The notes below the pieces were generated by a model. It worked only from the letters and a program-made list of their open reading frames with translations. It ran no database searches and had not been told where the DNA came from. A stretch of 64,000 bases of DNA from the UHGV virus genome UHGV-1356548, one strand, 5' to 3'. A program made the translations under genes and the position numbers. Below are positions 27,413-35,400 of the stretch, piece by piece (the first letter of the stretch is position 1; every line of letters starts with the position of its first letter). Source of the stretch: a virus.

Positions 27413-27916
27413 ATAAAGAATATAACTAAAATAACTAAATAATAAAAAAATAAAAGATCTAGTACTTATGGTACTAAGTACATATACTTAACTTATGTAG
27501 AATATACTAGATCCTAAGTACCATGTTTTAAATTTATTACTTACTATGGGCAGTGTCGGCCCTTCATTGGCACTCGCCTACGAGGGGCGAGATGCCGGGC
27601 CTCTTTGGTGCACACAATAACAGAAGTTCATACATACAGGTCTGTTAACATGTGTGGGAGCGAAGCGATAGCGCAGGCCAAAGGCCGAGCACTGATGTGG
27701 ACCACCGACGAAAGCTTGCCAGCGCCGTAAGGAGTCGGTTGAGAGTCTCCCGCGCGAGCTTGGATGAAGTTTATGTGTGGAAACTGACAAGAAGGCCCCT
27801 AAATCGCTCCACAGCTATATAAACTATACCAGGTAATGCAATCGCACCAGTTTGATAGAAAAGCTCGTTACAAAGCGATACAGTTAGTTTTTCTATAACT
27901 TGAAGAGGAGGCAGCT

Positions 27917-28495
27917 ATGGGTTCACGCAAAGATGACCGTGAAAAGATTGCAAAACGTTATCAGAATGAAGAACAGATGGAGAAAACTTTCAAGTGGAAG
28001 CCCGGTTTCCAGCGTAATCATTCTAACGCTCGTGATCGTAAGCATCCGGATAAGTGGCTAACACCGCCAAATGATGGCATGCAGGTTGGGGATGAGAAGG
28101 AGATGTCGCCTGGAAAAGATGGCAACTACATTCGCACTAAGGACGCTGGTCCAAAGGATGACAGCTATCTTGTAGATAAGGTTCTTGATGGTATCAATGT
28201 AGATGTTGACACTGCACGAAACCTTTTTCTTGGGTGGTATCGCACAGGTTTTTTCGACATCAAGGCTATTCGTCGTGTTTGTGATATTAAAAAGTCTGCA
28301 TATGATGACGACTCGTTACATCGCACCCTGAGACAATATTCAGAAAGATATGGTCATCCGGTTATCACTCTTGACGATGTTAACGAAGTGATGTATCATG
28401 CAGAGGTTGTTGCAGGAAGATTTGGTGATGCATATCTTGATATCCTTTCTGCAAAGGATGAGGTAATGTTAAATAAGATTTACTATGAACGCTGA
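27917..28495 (+). CDS. hypothetical protein
   Basis: 192-aa ORF with GAGGAGG RBS. Confidence 0.4.
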   Translation: MGSRKDDREKIAKRYQNEEQMEKTFKWKPGFQRNHSNARDRKHPDKWLTPPNDGMQVGDEKEMSPGKDGNYIRTKDAGPKDDSYLVDKVLDGINVDVDTARNLFLGWYRTGFFDIKAIRRVCDIKKSAYDDDSLHRTLRQYSERYGHPVITLDDVNEVMYHAEVVAGRFGDAYLDILSAKDEVMLNKIYYER

Positions 28496-28505
28496 GGAGC
28501 GCTTA

Positions 28506-28694
28506 ATGAACAACCCGGTAGCAAAGAACTGTAATAAGTTCAACAAGTCTGCAATTCACACTGACAGGAAAAAGAGCTGGTCTCCTGACATTGACGAGGA
28601 GCTTGAGAGTTACTTTGAAGACCTGGTCACTAATGCAGATGAGGTTGCGATTAAAGAATACGCAGACAGGAAGGATAAGGCCGGAATCTGTTGA
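28506..28694 (+). CDS. hypothetical protein
   Basis: Start trimmed to ATG 28506 (RBS GAGGAG) to avoid overlap with the upstream stop; acidic small protein. Confidence 0.3.
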   Translation: MNNPVAKNCNKFNKSAIHTDRKKSWSPDIDEELESYFEDLVTNADEVAIKEYADRKDKAGIC

Positions 28695-28719
28695 CAAAAA
28701 TAGTGTTACCTGATAAGAT
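28691..28719 (+). promoter_or_regulatory. sigma70-like promoter with extended -10
   Basis: TTGACA, 17-bp spacer ending TGA, TAAGAT; upstream of ORF 28771. Confidence 0.5.
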
Positions 28720-28770
28720 CTGCAATATGATGTGATGCAATTTTAACTTACGAGGTCTACAGGTAATGCT

Positions 28771-29013
28771 ATGTTTAAGGTTAAGCTCGTTTTTCGTTCC
28801 ATGAATGAGGATTATTTAGAAGATGAAGGTGAATTTCGTGCACTGGATGATGCAATAGATTTTGCCAACGACTTAGCTTGTATGAATACGGGTTATGGGC
28901 TATGCTGTTGGGATGGTGGTGTTCAGATCGGTGATAGCAAGATCTTCTACTTCTACCCTGAGCCTGATAACAAACAAATTAAGTATGTTTTATTTATTTG
29001 TGCTTTACAATGA
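28771..29013 (+). CDS. hypothetical protein
   Basis: 80-aa ORF downstream of promoter. Confidence 0.35.
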   Translation: MFKVKLVFRSMNEDYLEDEGEFRALDDAIDFANDLACMNTGYGLCCWDGGVQIGDSKIFYFYPEPDNKQIKYVLFICALQ

Positions 29014-29300
29014 GGTTGTTTTCGTGTATCATGATGAATATCCAATTTAAAGATGAATTTGATGGCTTTATCTCCGGATGCTTTGAAACAGGGTTCGGAG
29101 AAGGCTGAGTTCCCCTTAGAGGGCTTGATAGTGCACCACACTTAAAATGGTAGGGGCAGCCAGCACATGACGATGTGACCCCAGCCAACCTGTAATAAGG
29201 TCGAGCCAAAGTGCGGTAATGGGCTCTGGTAACCCACTTGTTGGGTCTTTCTGGTCCAGGACGCTGGACAAGTCGCAGGGAATACCACCCTGCGGCGAAC

Positions 29301-29329
29301 TTGACAATCAGTATTTGCTATGATAAAAT
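29301..29329 (+). promoter_or_regulatory. sigma70-like promoter with extended -10
   Basis: TTGACA (29301-29306), 17-bp spacer ending TGA, TAAAAT (29324-29329); followed by GGAGGA RBS and ATG 29358. Confidence 0.55.
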
Positions 29330-29357
29330 CCACCTATCACGTGATAATGGAGGAAAC

Positions 29358-29696
29358 ATGGCGGATACAACTAAAAAGCGTCGCCGTAGAGGCAGACCTC
29401 TGAAAGAGGAGTCCAACGCCATTCAGCTAGAGAAGAACATCCTTGATATGAAGGAATCTTTTATAGCGATGGTTCCAGAAGCTCACAAAGTTTTAAGAGA
29501 GCTGATGTTGGACCCGAAAACCAAACAAAATATTCGTCAAAGCATTGCAGAGTATGTTCTTGATAAGGCAGACCGAATGCAGGAAGAATATGATGAGATG
29601 TTTGGTGAAGAGGAAGAGGTGGTAGTAGAAGAGGCTGAAAAACCAGCACCTTTTATGCCATTTACCACAGAAATACAACCTGTTAGCAATAGCTAA
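29358..29696 (+). CDS. small basic/acidic protein with AT-hook-like motif
   Basis: Start at ATG 29358 (MADTTKKRRRRGRPLK...); RGRP AT-hook-like N-terminus and acidic C-terminal tail; the longer ORF-track start at 29238 lies upstream of the promoter. Confidence 0.4.
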   Translation: MADTTKKRRRRGRPLKEESNAIQLEKNILDMKESFIAMVPEAHKVLRELMLDPKTKQNIRQSIAEYVLDKADRMQEEYDEMFGEEEEVVVEEAEKPAPFMPFTTEIQPVSNS

Positions 29697-29705
29697 AATA
29701 TTTTC

Positions 29706-29734
29706 TTGACAAACTTTGCTTAACAGTGTAATAT
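29706..29734 (+). promoter_or_regulatory. sigma70-like promoter of tRNA cluster
   Basis: TTGACA (29706-29711), 17-bp spacer, TAATAT (29729-29734), about 60 bp upstream of the first tRNA. Confidence 0.5.
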
Positions 29735-29792
29735 TGTAAACATGGTCTCCCACCTTTTCTGGCGGCTAAGGTGTAAAAGAAAGCCACCCAGT

Positions 29793-29867
29793 GCCCTGTT
29801 AGCTTAGTGGATAAAGCAGCGGCCTTCTAAGCCGTTGACACTGGTTCGAGTCCAGTACGGGGTGCCA
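29793..29867 (+). tRNA. tRNA-Arg (anticodon UCU)
   Basis: Cloverleaf by hand: acceptor GCCCTGT/ACGGGGT, D-arm GCTT...AAGC, anticodon loop CTTCTAA, T-loop TTCGAGT, encoded CCA. Confidence 0.75.
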
Positions 29868-29871
29868 AATT

Positions 29872-29958
29872 GGGGAGTTATCCCGTAGGGGTAGCGGTGT
29901 AGACTGTAAATCTATTGTCATTGCGACTCGGGTGGTTCGACTCCACCACTCCCCACCA
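29872..29958 (+). tRNA. tRNA-Tyr (anticodon GUA), class II
   Basis: Acceptor GGGGAGT/ACTCCCC, anticodon loop CTGTAAA, long variable arm resembling E. coli tRNA-Tyr, T-loop TTCGACT, encoded CCA. Confidence 0.8.
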
Positions 29959-30072
29959 AATTTATAGTTTTAAATGCATAAATCATACAGATAATGGCAT
30001 TGATATTTATCGTCGTTTATACTAGTCACTAACTGCTCGAAAATCAGTGTCATTATCAGTATTGTTTATAAA

Positions 30073-30163
30073 TGAGGGTAGGGAGCAATGGTGCTCAAGC
30101 GGTCTTGAAAACCGTCCCGTTGAGGATGACTTGATGATGGTTCGATTCCATTACCCTCAGCCA
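30073..30163 (+). tRNA. tRNA-Ser (anticodon UGA), class II
   Basis: Acceptor TGAGGGT/ACCCTCA, anticodon arm GCGGT-CTTGAAA-ACCGT, long variable arm, T-loop TTCGATT, encoded CCA; 5' boundary +/-1 nt. Confidence 0.7.
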
Positions 30164-30260
30164 TATTGTTGACCTTGTAATTAAGCGAAAGCCGGAAGCA
30201 GAACCGGATTATCAAATGTTACAGTCGTCATCGCCGACTAGCAACATGGTCAACATACTG

Positions 30261-30359
30261 AGCTAGGTAAGCCCTTTGGCAAGGGCGAGGATTTTTAATC
30301 CTGAAAATAGACGAGGTAGTCGTTGAATACATAGGTGGTTCGATTCCATCACCTAGCAC
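30261..30359 (+). tRNA. atypical tRNA-like gene, Lys-type anticodon loop (UUU), oversized variable region
   Basis: Perfect 7-bp acceptor GCTAGGT/ACCTAGC, D-arm GCCC-TTTGGCAA-GGGC, anticodon arm AGGA-TTTTTAA-TCCT, T-arm GGTGG-TTCGATT-CCATC, but 32 nt (with its own GACGA-GGTAG-TCGTT hairpin) between anticodon and T arms; 3' end is CCT not CCA. Confidence 0.4.
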
Positions 30360-30364
30360 CTTTT

Positions 30365-30440
30365 TGCTGATGTAGCACAATTGGTAGTGCAATTGATTTG
30401 TAATCAATAGGTTGCAGGTTCAAGTCCTGCCATCAGCACC
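30365..30440 (+). tRNA. tRNA-Thr (anticodon UGU)
   Basis: Acceptor GCTGATG/CATCAGC, anticodon arm ATTGA-TTTGTAA-TCAAT, T-loop TTCAAGT, encoded CCA. Confidence 0.85.
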
Positions 30441-30441
30441 A

Positions 30442-30516
30442 TGGCCCTGTAGCTGGAAGGTTCAAGCAAGCGACTCATAATCGCCAGACGGTGGTTCAAT
30501 TCCACCCAGGGCCACC
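30442..30516 (+). tRNA. tRNA-Met (anticodon CAU; elongator or Ile-lysidine type)
   Basis: Acceptor GGCCCTG/CAGGGCC with G1-C72 pair, anticodon arm GCGA-CTCATAA-TCGC, T-loop TTCAATT, encoded CCA. Confidence 0.8.
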
Positions 30517-30527
30517 AAATAATAAAT

Positions 30528-30604
30528 ACTCCGCGTAGCTCAGCTTGGTAGAGCGCCTGATTTGGGATCAGGAGGTCGAGTGTTCGAATCACTCCGTGGA
30601 GACC
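30528..30604 (+). tRNA. tRNA-Pro (anticodon UGG)
   Basis: Acceptor CTCCGCG/CGTGGAG with the C1-G72 pair typical of bacterial tRNA-Pro, D-arm GCTC...GAGC, anticodon arm CCTGA-TTTGGGA-TCAGG, T-loop TTCGAAT, encoded CCA. Confidence 0.85.
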
Positions 30605-30650
30605 ACTTTCAGTTATACTTTAAACATATACAAACAAAAGGAACCTTTAA

Positions 30651-30921
30651 AATGTATACACTTAAAATTGTAGAGCGTGTAAATCCAACCCATACCGTAG
30701 ATTTTCGTGACGATTTCAATCCTCTGGCTGTAAATCTTCGAGAGTCATATCATGAACTCAGCTGCGATGCAGTGGTGGTCTTTTTTGAAGACAACTCTGA
30801 AGGGGCGGTAGCTTGTGTTGTTGATAGTGAGCAGAAGTTTTATATTTACAGAGATGTAGATGCATACTTGATGAATGAAAATGCAGTTACTGTTAGAATC
30901 ATCCACCGAGTGCCTCGATAA
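30651..30921 (+). CDS. hypothetical protein
   Basis: Start trimmed to ATG 30651 (MYTLKIVERV) because the longer ORF overlaps tRNA-Pro. Confidence 0.4.
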
Positions 30922-30972
30922 GTATTAGTCTCCTTTTAGTTAGTTTCGATCTATTTAGGTTACTCAATTTTA

Positions 30973-31010
30973 ACCCGCCCCGTTAGCTGTATAGCTGCGG
31001 GGTTTTTTCG
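30973..31010 (+). terminator. rho-independent terminator
   Basis: CCCCG...AGCTGTATAGCT...CGGGG hairpin followed by TTTTTT. Confidence 0.55.
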
Positions 31011-31026
31011 TTTCTGGAGCCTTAAA

Positions 31027-31425
31027 ATGATTTCAGTTTTAACATGGCTGAGCAGGTATAGAGGGATCATAAAAGGTTTAGTTTTTGCAGCTGCGATAGG
31101 TACAGCTTATCTTGGGGCCGTGTATTGGTTTAACTCTAAGCTTAATGATGCCTACCAAGAAGGTGTGTCAGCAACAGAGTTAAAGTGGGAACGGATCCTT
31201 GATCAGCAACAAAAGCAGGCCGACAAAATTAAAATGGGCCACGCAGAGGAGGTTAAAAACCTTGAAAAATCCCTTTCTGATCTACAGGATAAATTAAATA
31301 TGGCTGAGAAGGCAGGTAAAGAAAAGCAGATTATTTACCTCCAGTCACCTGAGGGTAAGAAGTCAACACTCCCTGATCAGCTTATAGATATTTATAATGA
31401 GAGTATTAATCAGGAGGGTAGATGA
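31027..31425 (+). CDS. i-spanin (Rz-like)
   Basis: N-terminal transmembrane helix (GIIKGLVFAAAIGTAYLGAVYWF) then charged coiled-coil-like periplasmic domain; ATGA overlap with the downstream lipoprotein gene. Confidence 0.6.
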   Translation: MISVLTWLSRYRGIIKGLVFAAAIGTAYLGAVYWFNSKLNDAYQEGVSATELKWERILDQQQKQADKIKMGHAEEVKNLEKSLSDLQDKLNMAEKAGKEKQIIYLQSPEGKKSTLPDQLIDIYNESINQEGR

Positions 31426-31709
31426 GAGTTGCTACACTGTTTATTGTGTGCTTGTTATTATGTGGGTGTGCAACCAGCGTTGAGAGAGAATACAAGATTG
31501 ACCCTCCGGATGTAGGAAGGTTGATTGTTAAACCCCCGGAAGGTGCCATGAAACCACCTGCTAAAGCTATGCCTTTGAAGAAAGGTGCGCCAGATGCAGT
31601 GAATTCTGGCATTATGAGGGATAATAATCTGTCTTGTAGCAATGATAGAGCTAAATTGATCATTTTGCAAGACTATATTAGAACACTGTTTCCAAAGGAG
31701 AGAGGTTAA
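31422..31709 (+). CDS. o-spanin (Rz1-like outer-membrane lipoprotein)
   Basis: Signal peptide with lipobox-like LLLCGCA, proline-rich mature region (PPDVG...KPPEGAMKPPAKAMP). Confidence 0.6.
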   Translation: MRVATLFIVCLLLCGCATSVEREYKIDPPDVGRLIVKPPEGAMKPPAKAMPLKKGAPDAVNSGIMRDNNLSCSNDRAKLIILQDYIRTLFPKERG

Positions 31710-33256
31710 TGTCTAAGATTTACGGACCGTGTTCTGAAAAGCAGAAGATGATCCTAGAAAACGATGCAGATATTTTGGTAATCGGCGGTGCCGCAGGGTC
31801 TGGCAAGTCGTTCCTCTTGCAGTTGATGCCACTTAAAATTATTGATGACCCCCACAGCTCTGTGGTTATGTTCCGAAGAACAACCCCACAGTTGGAAGGT
31901 GAGGGTGGACTATGGCCTAAAGCAGTAGCTATTTACAGTGATCTGCCTGAAAACATTAAGCCAAAGTTCAGAGAGAAGGATCATAAGTTCATTTTTCCAC
32001 GGTTTGATCCGAACACTGGTAAGTGGGATAGAAGCAAAAAGGGAGCTGTTGTAAAATACTGCCATATGGAGTATGTACAAGATAAGCTTAACCATCAGGG
32101 GCTTGAGTACACCATGGTTTGCTTCGATGAGGGCACGCAGTTCGAATGGGAGCAGATAGACTATCTGATGTCTCGTCTGCGATCTCAGTCAAAGTATCCA
32201 TCAAGAATGGTTATCAGCTGTAACCCCGATTCAGAACACATGCTTGCCAAACTGGTTAGATGGTGGTTGGACGATGAAGGGTATCCAGATCCGGAGAAAT
32301 GCGGTAAGAAAAGATATTTTATCCGACGCGACGGTGAATTTATCTGGGGAGACTCTAAAGAAGAGTTGATAGAGAAATACACCACGGTTAACGGACTTGG
32401 CGTAGAGATCAAGCCAAGACCGTTGTCATTCTCGTTCATAGGCGCAACAATATTCGATAATCCTGTCTGTTTGAGAGACAACCCAGAATACCTTGCTTTC
32501 CTCGAAGGTCTACCAGAGCTGGAAAAAGCTCAGCTTCTCCATGGTAACTGGTTTGCAAAGCCTGAGGGTGCAAACTATTTTCAAAGATCTTTCCTTCGTG
32601 ATGCCGATAGAGTACCTCTTGGGTCAGTATCTTGCAGGGCATGGGATAAGGCAGGAACCGAGAGAACTTCCGGTAATAAATTTCCTGACTTTACTGCCAG
32701 TATTAAGGTAAGTAAAGATAGCGACGGCTTTTATTACCTGTCCGGTGATTATTGTCCTGAGAACGTGGATGACGGGAGGTATTCCACAGGTCTGGAAGGC
32801 AAGTTCTGTAAAAAGGCTGGTGAACGAGATGTGATCATCAGGAAACAGGCGCAGTTCGATGGTGATGATTGCATAATCGTCTTCTCTGTGGACCCAGGGC
32901 AGGCAGGTAAGAGTGAGTTCTTAACCTCCTCCAGATCCTTGCTTGCCGAAGGGTTCAGGGTTGAAGAAGACCCAATGCCTTCCAACAAGTCTAAACTGAC
33001 AAGGTTCTCACCTTTTGCCAATCTTGCCCAACAAGGAATGGTGAGGATTGTAAAATCCAGTTTCCATCCTGATACTCTGGAAGCATTTCTGACTGAACTT
33101 GAAAAATTCAACGGGGAAAGATCAACATTTAACAGAAAAGACGACTGGGCCGACTGTGTAGCTTCTGCGATTAATTTCCTAGAGAAAGAGGAGGTAGCAC
33201 TTCCTTGTGTGATTCCATCAATCTCATCACCTTCTATGTTCAAGCGTTTTATCTAA
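31709..33256 (+). CDS. terminase large subunit
   Basis: 515 aa; Walker A ADILVIGGAAGSGKSFLL near N-terminus; acidic nuclease-type C-terminal half; precedes portal-sized ORF. Confidence 0.8.
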   Translation: MSKIYGPCSEKQKMILENDADILVIGGAAGSGKSFLLQLMPLKIIDDPHSSVVMFRRTTPQLEGEGGLWPKAVAIYSDLPENIKPKFREKDHKFIFPRFDPNTGKWDRSKKGAVVKYCHMEYVQDKLNHQGLEYTMVCFDEGTQFEWEQIDYLMSRLRSQSKYPSRMVISCNPDSEHMLAKLVRWWLDDEGYPDPEKCGKKRYFIRRDGEFIWGDSKEELIEKYTTVNGLGVEIKPRPLSFSFIGATIFDNPVCLRDNPEYLAFLEGLPELEKAQLLHGNWFAKPEGANYFQRSFLRDADRVPLGSVSCRAWDKAGTERTSGNKFPDFTASIKVSKDSDGFYYLSGDYCPENVDDGRYSTGLEGKFCKKAGERDVIIRKQAQFDGDDCIIVFSVDPGQAGKSEFLTSSRSLLAEGFRVEEDPMPSNKSKLTRFSPFANLAQQGMVRIVKSSFHPDTLEAFLTELEKFNGERSTFNRKDDWADCVASAINFLEKEEVALPCVIPSISSPSMFKRFI

Positions 33257-33259
33257 GTG

Positions 33260-33288
33260 TTGCCAATCTTAATTAGATGTGGTACAAT
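33260..33288 (+). promoter_or_regulatory. sigma70-like promoter with extended -10
   Basis: TTGCCA, 17-bp spacer ending TGG, TACAAT; followed by a hairpin (33307-33324) in the 5' leader of the portal gene. Confidence 0.4.
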
Positions 33289-33356
33289 AAAGTAATTGGA
33301 GATACTAGCCCTCTGACGAGGGCTATTTTGTTATACTGTTTTGAGGGGTAAAGCTT

Positions 33357-34913
33357 GTGTCCAAAAAGAACCGCAGGAAACACAACGCCACAGCCAAAAC
33401 TGTGAATAAATCTGGGAACGCAGGCGCACCAACTCATAATGTTCGTATGAGTGAGATCGGTTCTGGCGCACTTTCCCAAATTATGGCAGAATCGCAATCT
33501 ATGATGGTTGAGGAATTGCGTTGGCCTCAGCTGATTGCCACAGTGGAGACTATGAAATGTGATTCCACAGTTGCTACTGCCTTAGATACAAAATATGTTT
33601 TCATCACGAAAGCATTCAATGATTTTAAGATCCTTTATAATGTTAAAAGTGAAGACTCTAAGAAAGCTGCCGAGCTTATAGAGTATTCTTTGCGTAATTT
33701 GGCAAACCAACAAACTCTTCGAGATATTGCAAGAAGCGCAGCTACCTTTAACGAGTATGGTTTTTCACTGTTTGAGAAAGTATACCGCAGAGAGAAAGAA
33801 GGTAAATATGCCGGGATGCTTCTTATCGATAAAATTGCATTCCGGCCTCAGGCCAGCCTGTCCAGATCAGAGCCGTTTGTTTTTGATAAGAATAGCAGAA
33901 CACTGACAGGTATTTATCAGTCACCTAATGCATTTCTAAACACTCAGAATGCACGCTGGGCTGGACCTCTTGCTGCAATGCCTTCAAAAGGCTTTAATGA
34001 GCCTGAAATTTTCATCCCTGCTAAAAAGCTTATGCTCATGACCCTGTCAGGAACAGAATCTAACCCTGCAGGTGTGTCACCTATGATAGGTTGCTACAGA
34101 TCTTTCCGTGAGAAAGTTCTGATTGAAAACCTTGAGGTTGTTGGCTGTTCCAAAGACCTTGGTGGTGTGCTTGAGCTGAAAATTCCTTCCAATATTTTGA
34201 ACAAGGCCAGCATTGACCCGAATTCAATGGAAGGGAGAATGGTTGCAGACCTTATGCTTGACGCAGCAAACGCCCATAGTGGTGAGCAAAGTTTCTTTAT
34301 ACTTCCGTCTGATAGAGATAAGTCTGGTAAAGAGCTTTACTCCATGACCCTGAAGGGGGTTGACGGTATGGGTAAGCAGTATTCCACTAAAGATTTGATT
34401 GATGCCCGTAAGAAGGCGATTCTTGACCGTTTCGGTGCTGGCTTTATTAACCTCGGTAACGATAACGTTGGATCCTTCTCTCTGTCTGAGTCAAAACAGT
34501 CTATCCATGGTCATTTTGTTCAGCGTGATATAGATATTATCACTGAAGCCTTCAATAAGGATCTTATTCCACAGCTTCTGGCATTGAATGGTATCATCCT
34601 TGAAGATGATGATATGCCTAAACTGAAACCTGGTCTGATTGAAGAAGTGGATATGGAGAGCTTCTCCAAGTTTGTCCAGAGGATCGGTGCTGTAGGTTAC
34701 TTGCCAAAAACTCCTGCAGTAATTAATAAGATTCTTGAAGTAGGCGGGTTTGATGAAAGATTTGACGAGGACATGGATCAGGAAGAGCTGATGAAGCTCT
34801 TGGGCCAGGACATCAGTAGAGCTGGTGATGGAATGGCTGCAGGATCCACTGGCAACGGCACTTCTAAGATATCATCAACCAGAGATAATTCCATATCCAA
34901 CATGGAAAATTAA
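33357..34913 (+). CDS. portal protein (candidate)
   Basis: 518-aa ORF immediately after terminase, GTG start; assignment by position and size only. Confidence 0.5.
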   Translation: MSKKNRRKHNATAKTVNKSGNAGAPTHNVRMSEIGSGALSQIMAESQSMMVEELRWPQLIATVETMKCDSTVATALDTKYVFITKAFNDFKILYNVKSEDSKKAAELIEYSLRNLANQQTLRDIARSAATFNEYGFSLFEKVYRREKEGKYAGMLLIDKIAFRPQASLSRSEPFVFDKNSRTLTGIYQSPNAFLNTQNARWAGPLAAMPSKGFNEPEIFIPAKKLMLMTLSGTESNPAGVSPMIGCYRSFREKVLIENLEVVGCSKDLGGVLELKIPSNILNKASIDPNSMEGRMVADLMLDAANAHSGEQSFFILPSDRDKSGKELYSMTLKGVDGMGKQYSTKDLIDARKKAILDRFGAGFINLGNDNVGSFSLSESKQSIHGHFVQRDIDIITEAFNKDLIPQLLALNGIILEDDDMPKLKPGLIEEVDMESFSKFVQRIGAVGYLPKTPAVINKILEVGGFDERFDEDMDQEELMKLLGQDISRAGDGMAAGSTGNGTSKISSTRDNSISNMEN

Positions 34914-34980
34914 AAATTATCAACACAGGGGGTTGCAAAACCTCCTTTGGCGTGATAAAATAATCCACATGGGGAATAAG

Positions 34981-35400
34981 ATGCCACAGGAAGAAATGAT
35001 TTCCTACGAAATCATCTACGAGCCTGACACTAAAGATGCTCACGGTGAGTGGATGAGTAAAGACACCATCAAAAAGGCTAAAGATAACTGGGACGCAGCA
35101 TACGCTGCAGGCCTAGTTTCTGAAAACCTTTTCCACTTGACCTCTACAGATGCTTTCACTATTGAAAAGACGTGGATTCAAGAAGAGTTTGATGTTGTAG
35201 TAATTGGCACTGAGCAGGTCATCAAGGCTGGCTCTTGGGTTGCTAAAGTTAAATACAATAATCCTGAACTATGGGAAGCTAAGAAGGCTGGCATTGTCGG
35301 TGGCCTAAGCATTCAGGCAACAGGTAATGTTGATGAAGAAACTGGTGAAATTACCAACGTAAACTTCGGGATCAGTGTTGTAGAAGAGGGCAATGAATAA
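34981..35400 (+). CDS. hypothetical head-morphogenesis protein
   Basis: Start at ATG 34981 with GGGGA RBS; between portal and scaffold. Confidence 0.3.
   Translation: MPQEEMISYEIIYEPDTKDAHGEWMSKDTIKKAKDNWDAAYAAGLVSENLFHLTSTDAFTIEKTWIQEEFDVVVIGTEQVIKAGSWVAKVKYNNPELWEAKKAGIVGGLSIQATGNVDEETGEITNVNFGISVVEEGNE

Noticed and set aside
27578-29333. Short minus-strand ORFs in the GC-rich islands (27578-27790, 28953-29141, 28994-29209, 29116-29307, 29142-29333)
   Set aside because: They overlap each other in different frames, lack start context and fall in GC-rich DNA where long open frames arise by chance.
30261-30359. Group I intron inside the atypical tRNA
   Set aside because: The 32-nt insertion is far too short for a self-splicing intron and is not in the anticodon loop; kept as an atypical tRNA or pseudo-tRNA.
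30562-30650. N-terminal extension of ORF 30562-30921
   Set aside because: It overlaps tRNA-Pro on the same strand; the start was trimmed to ATG 30651.
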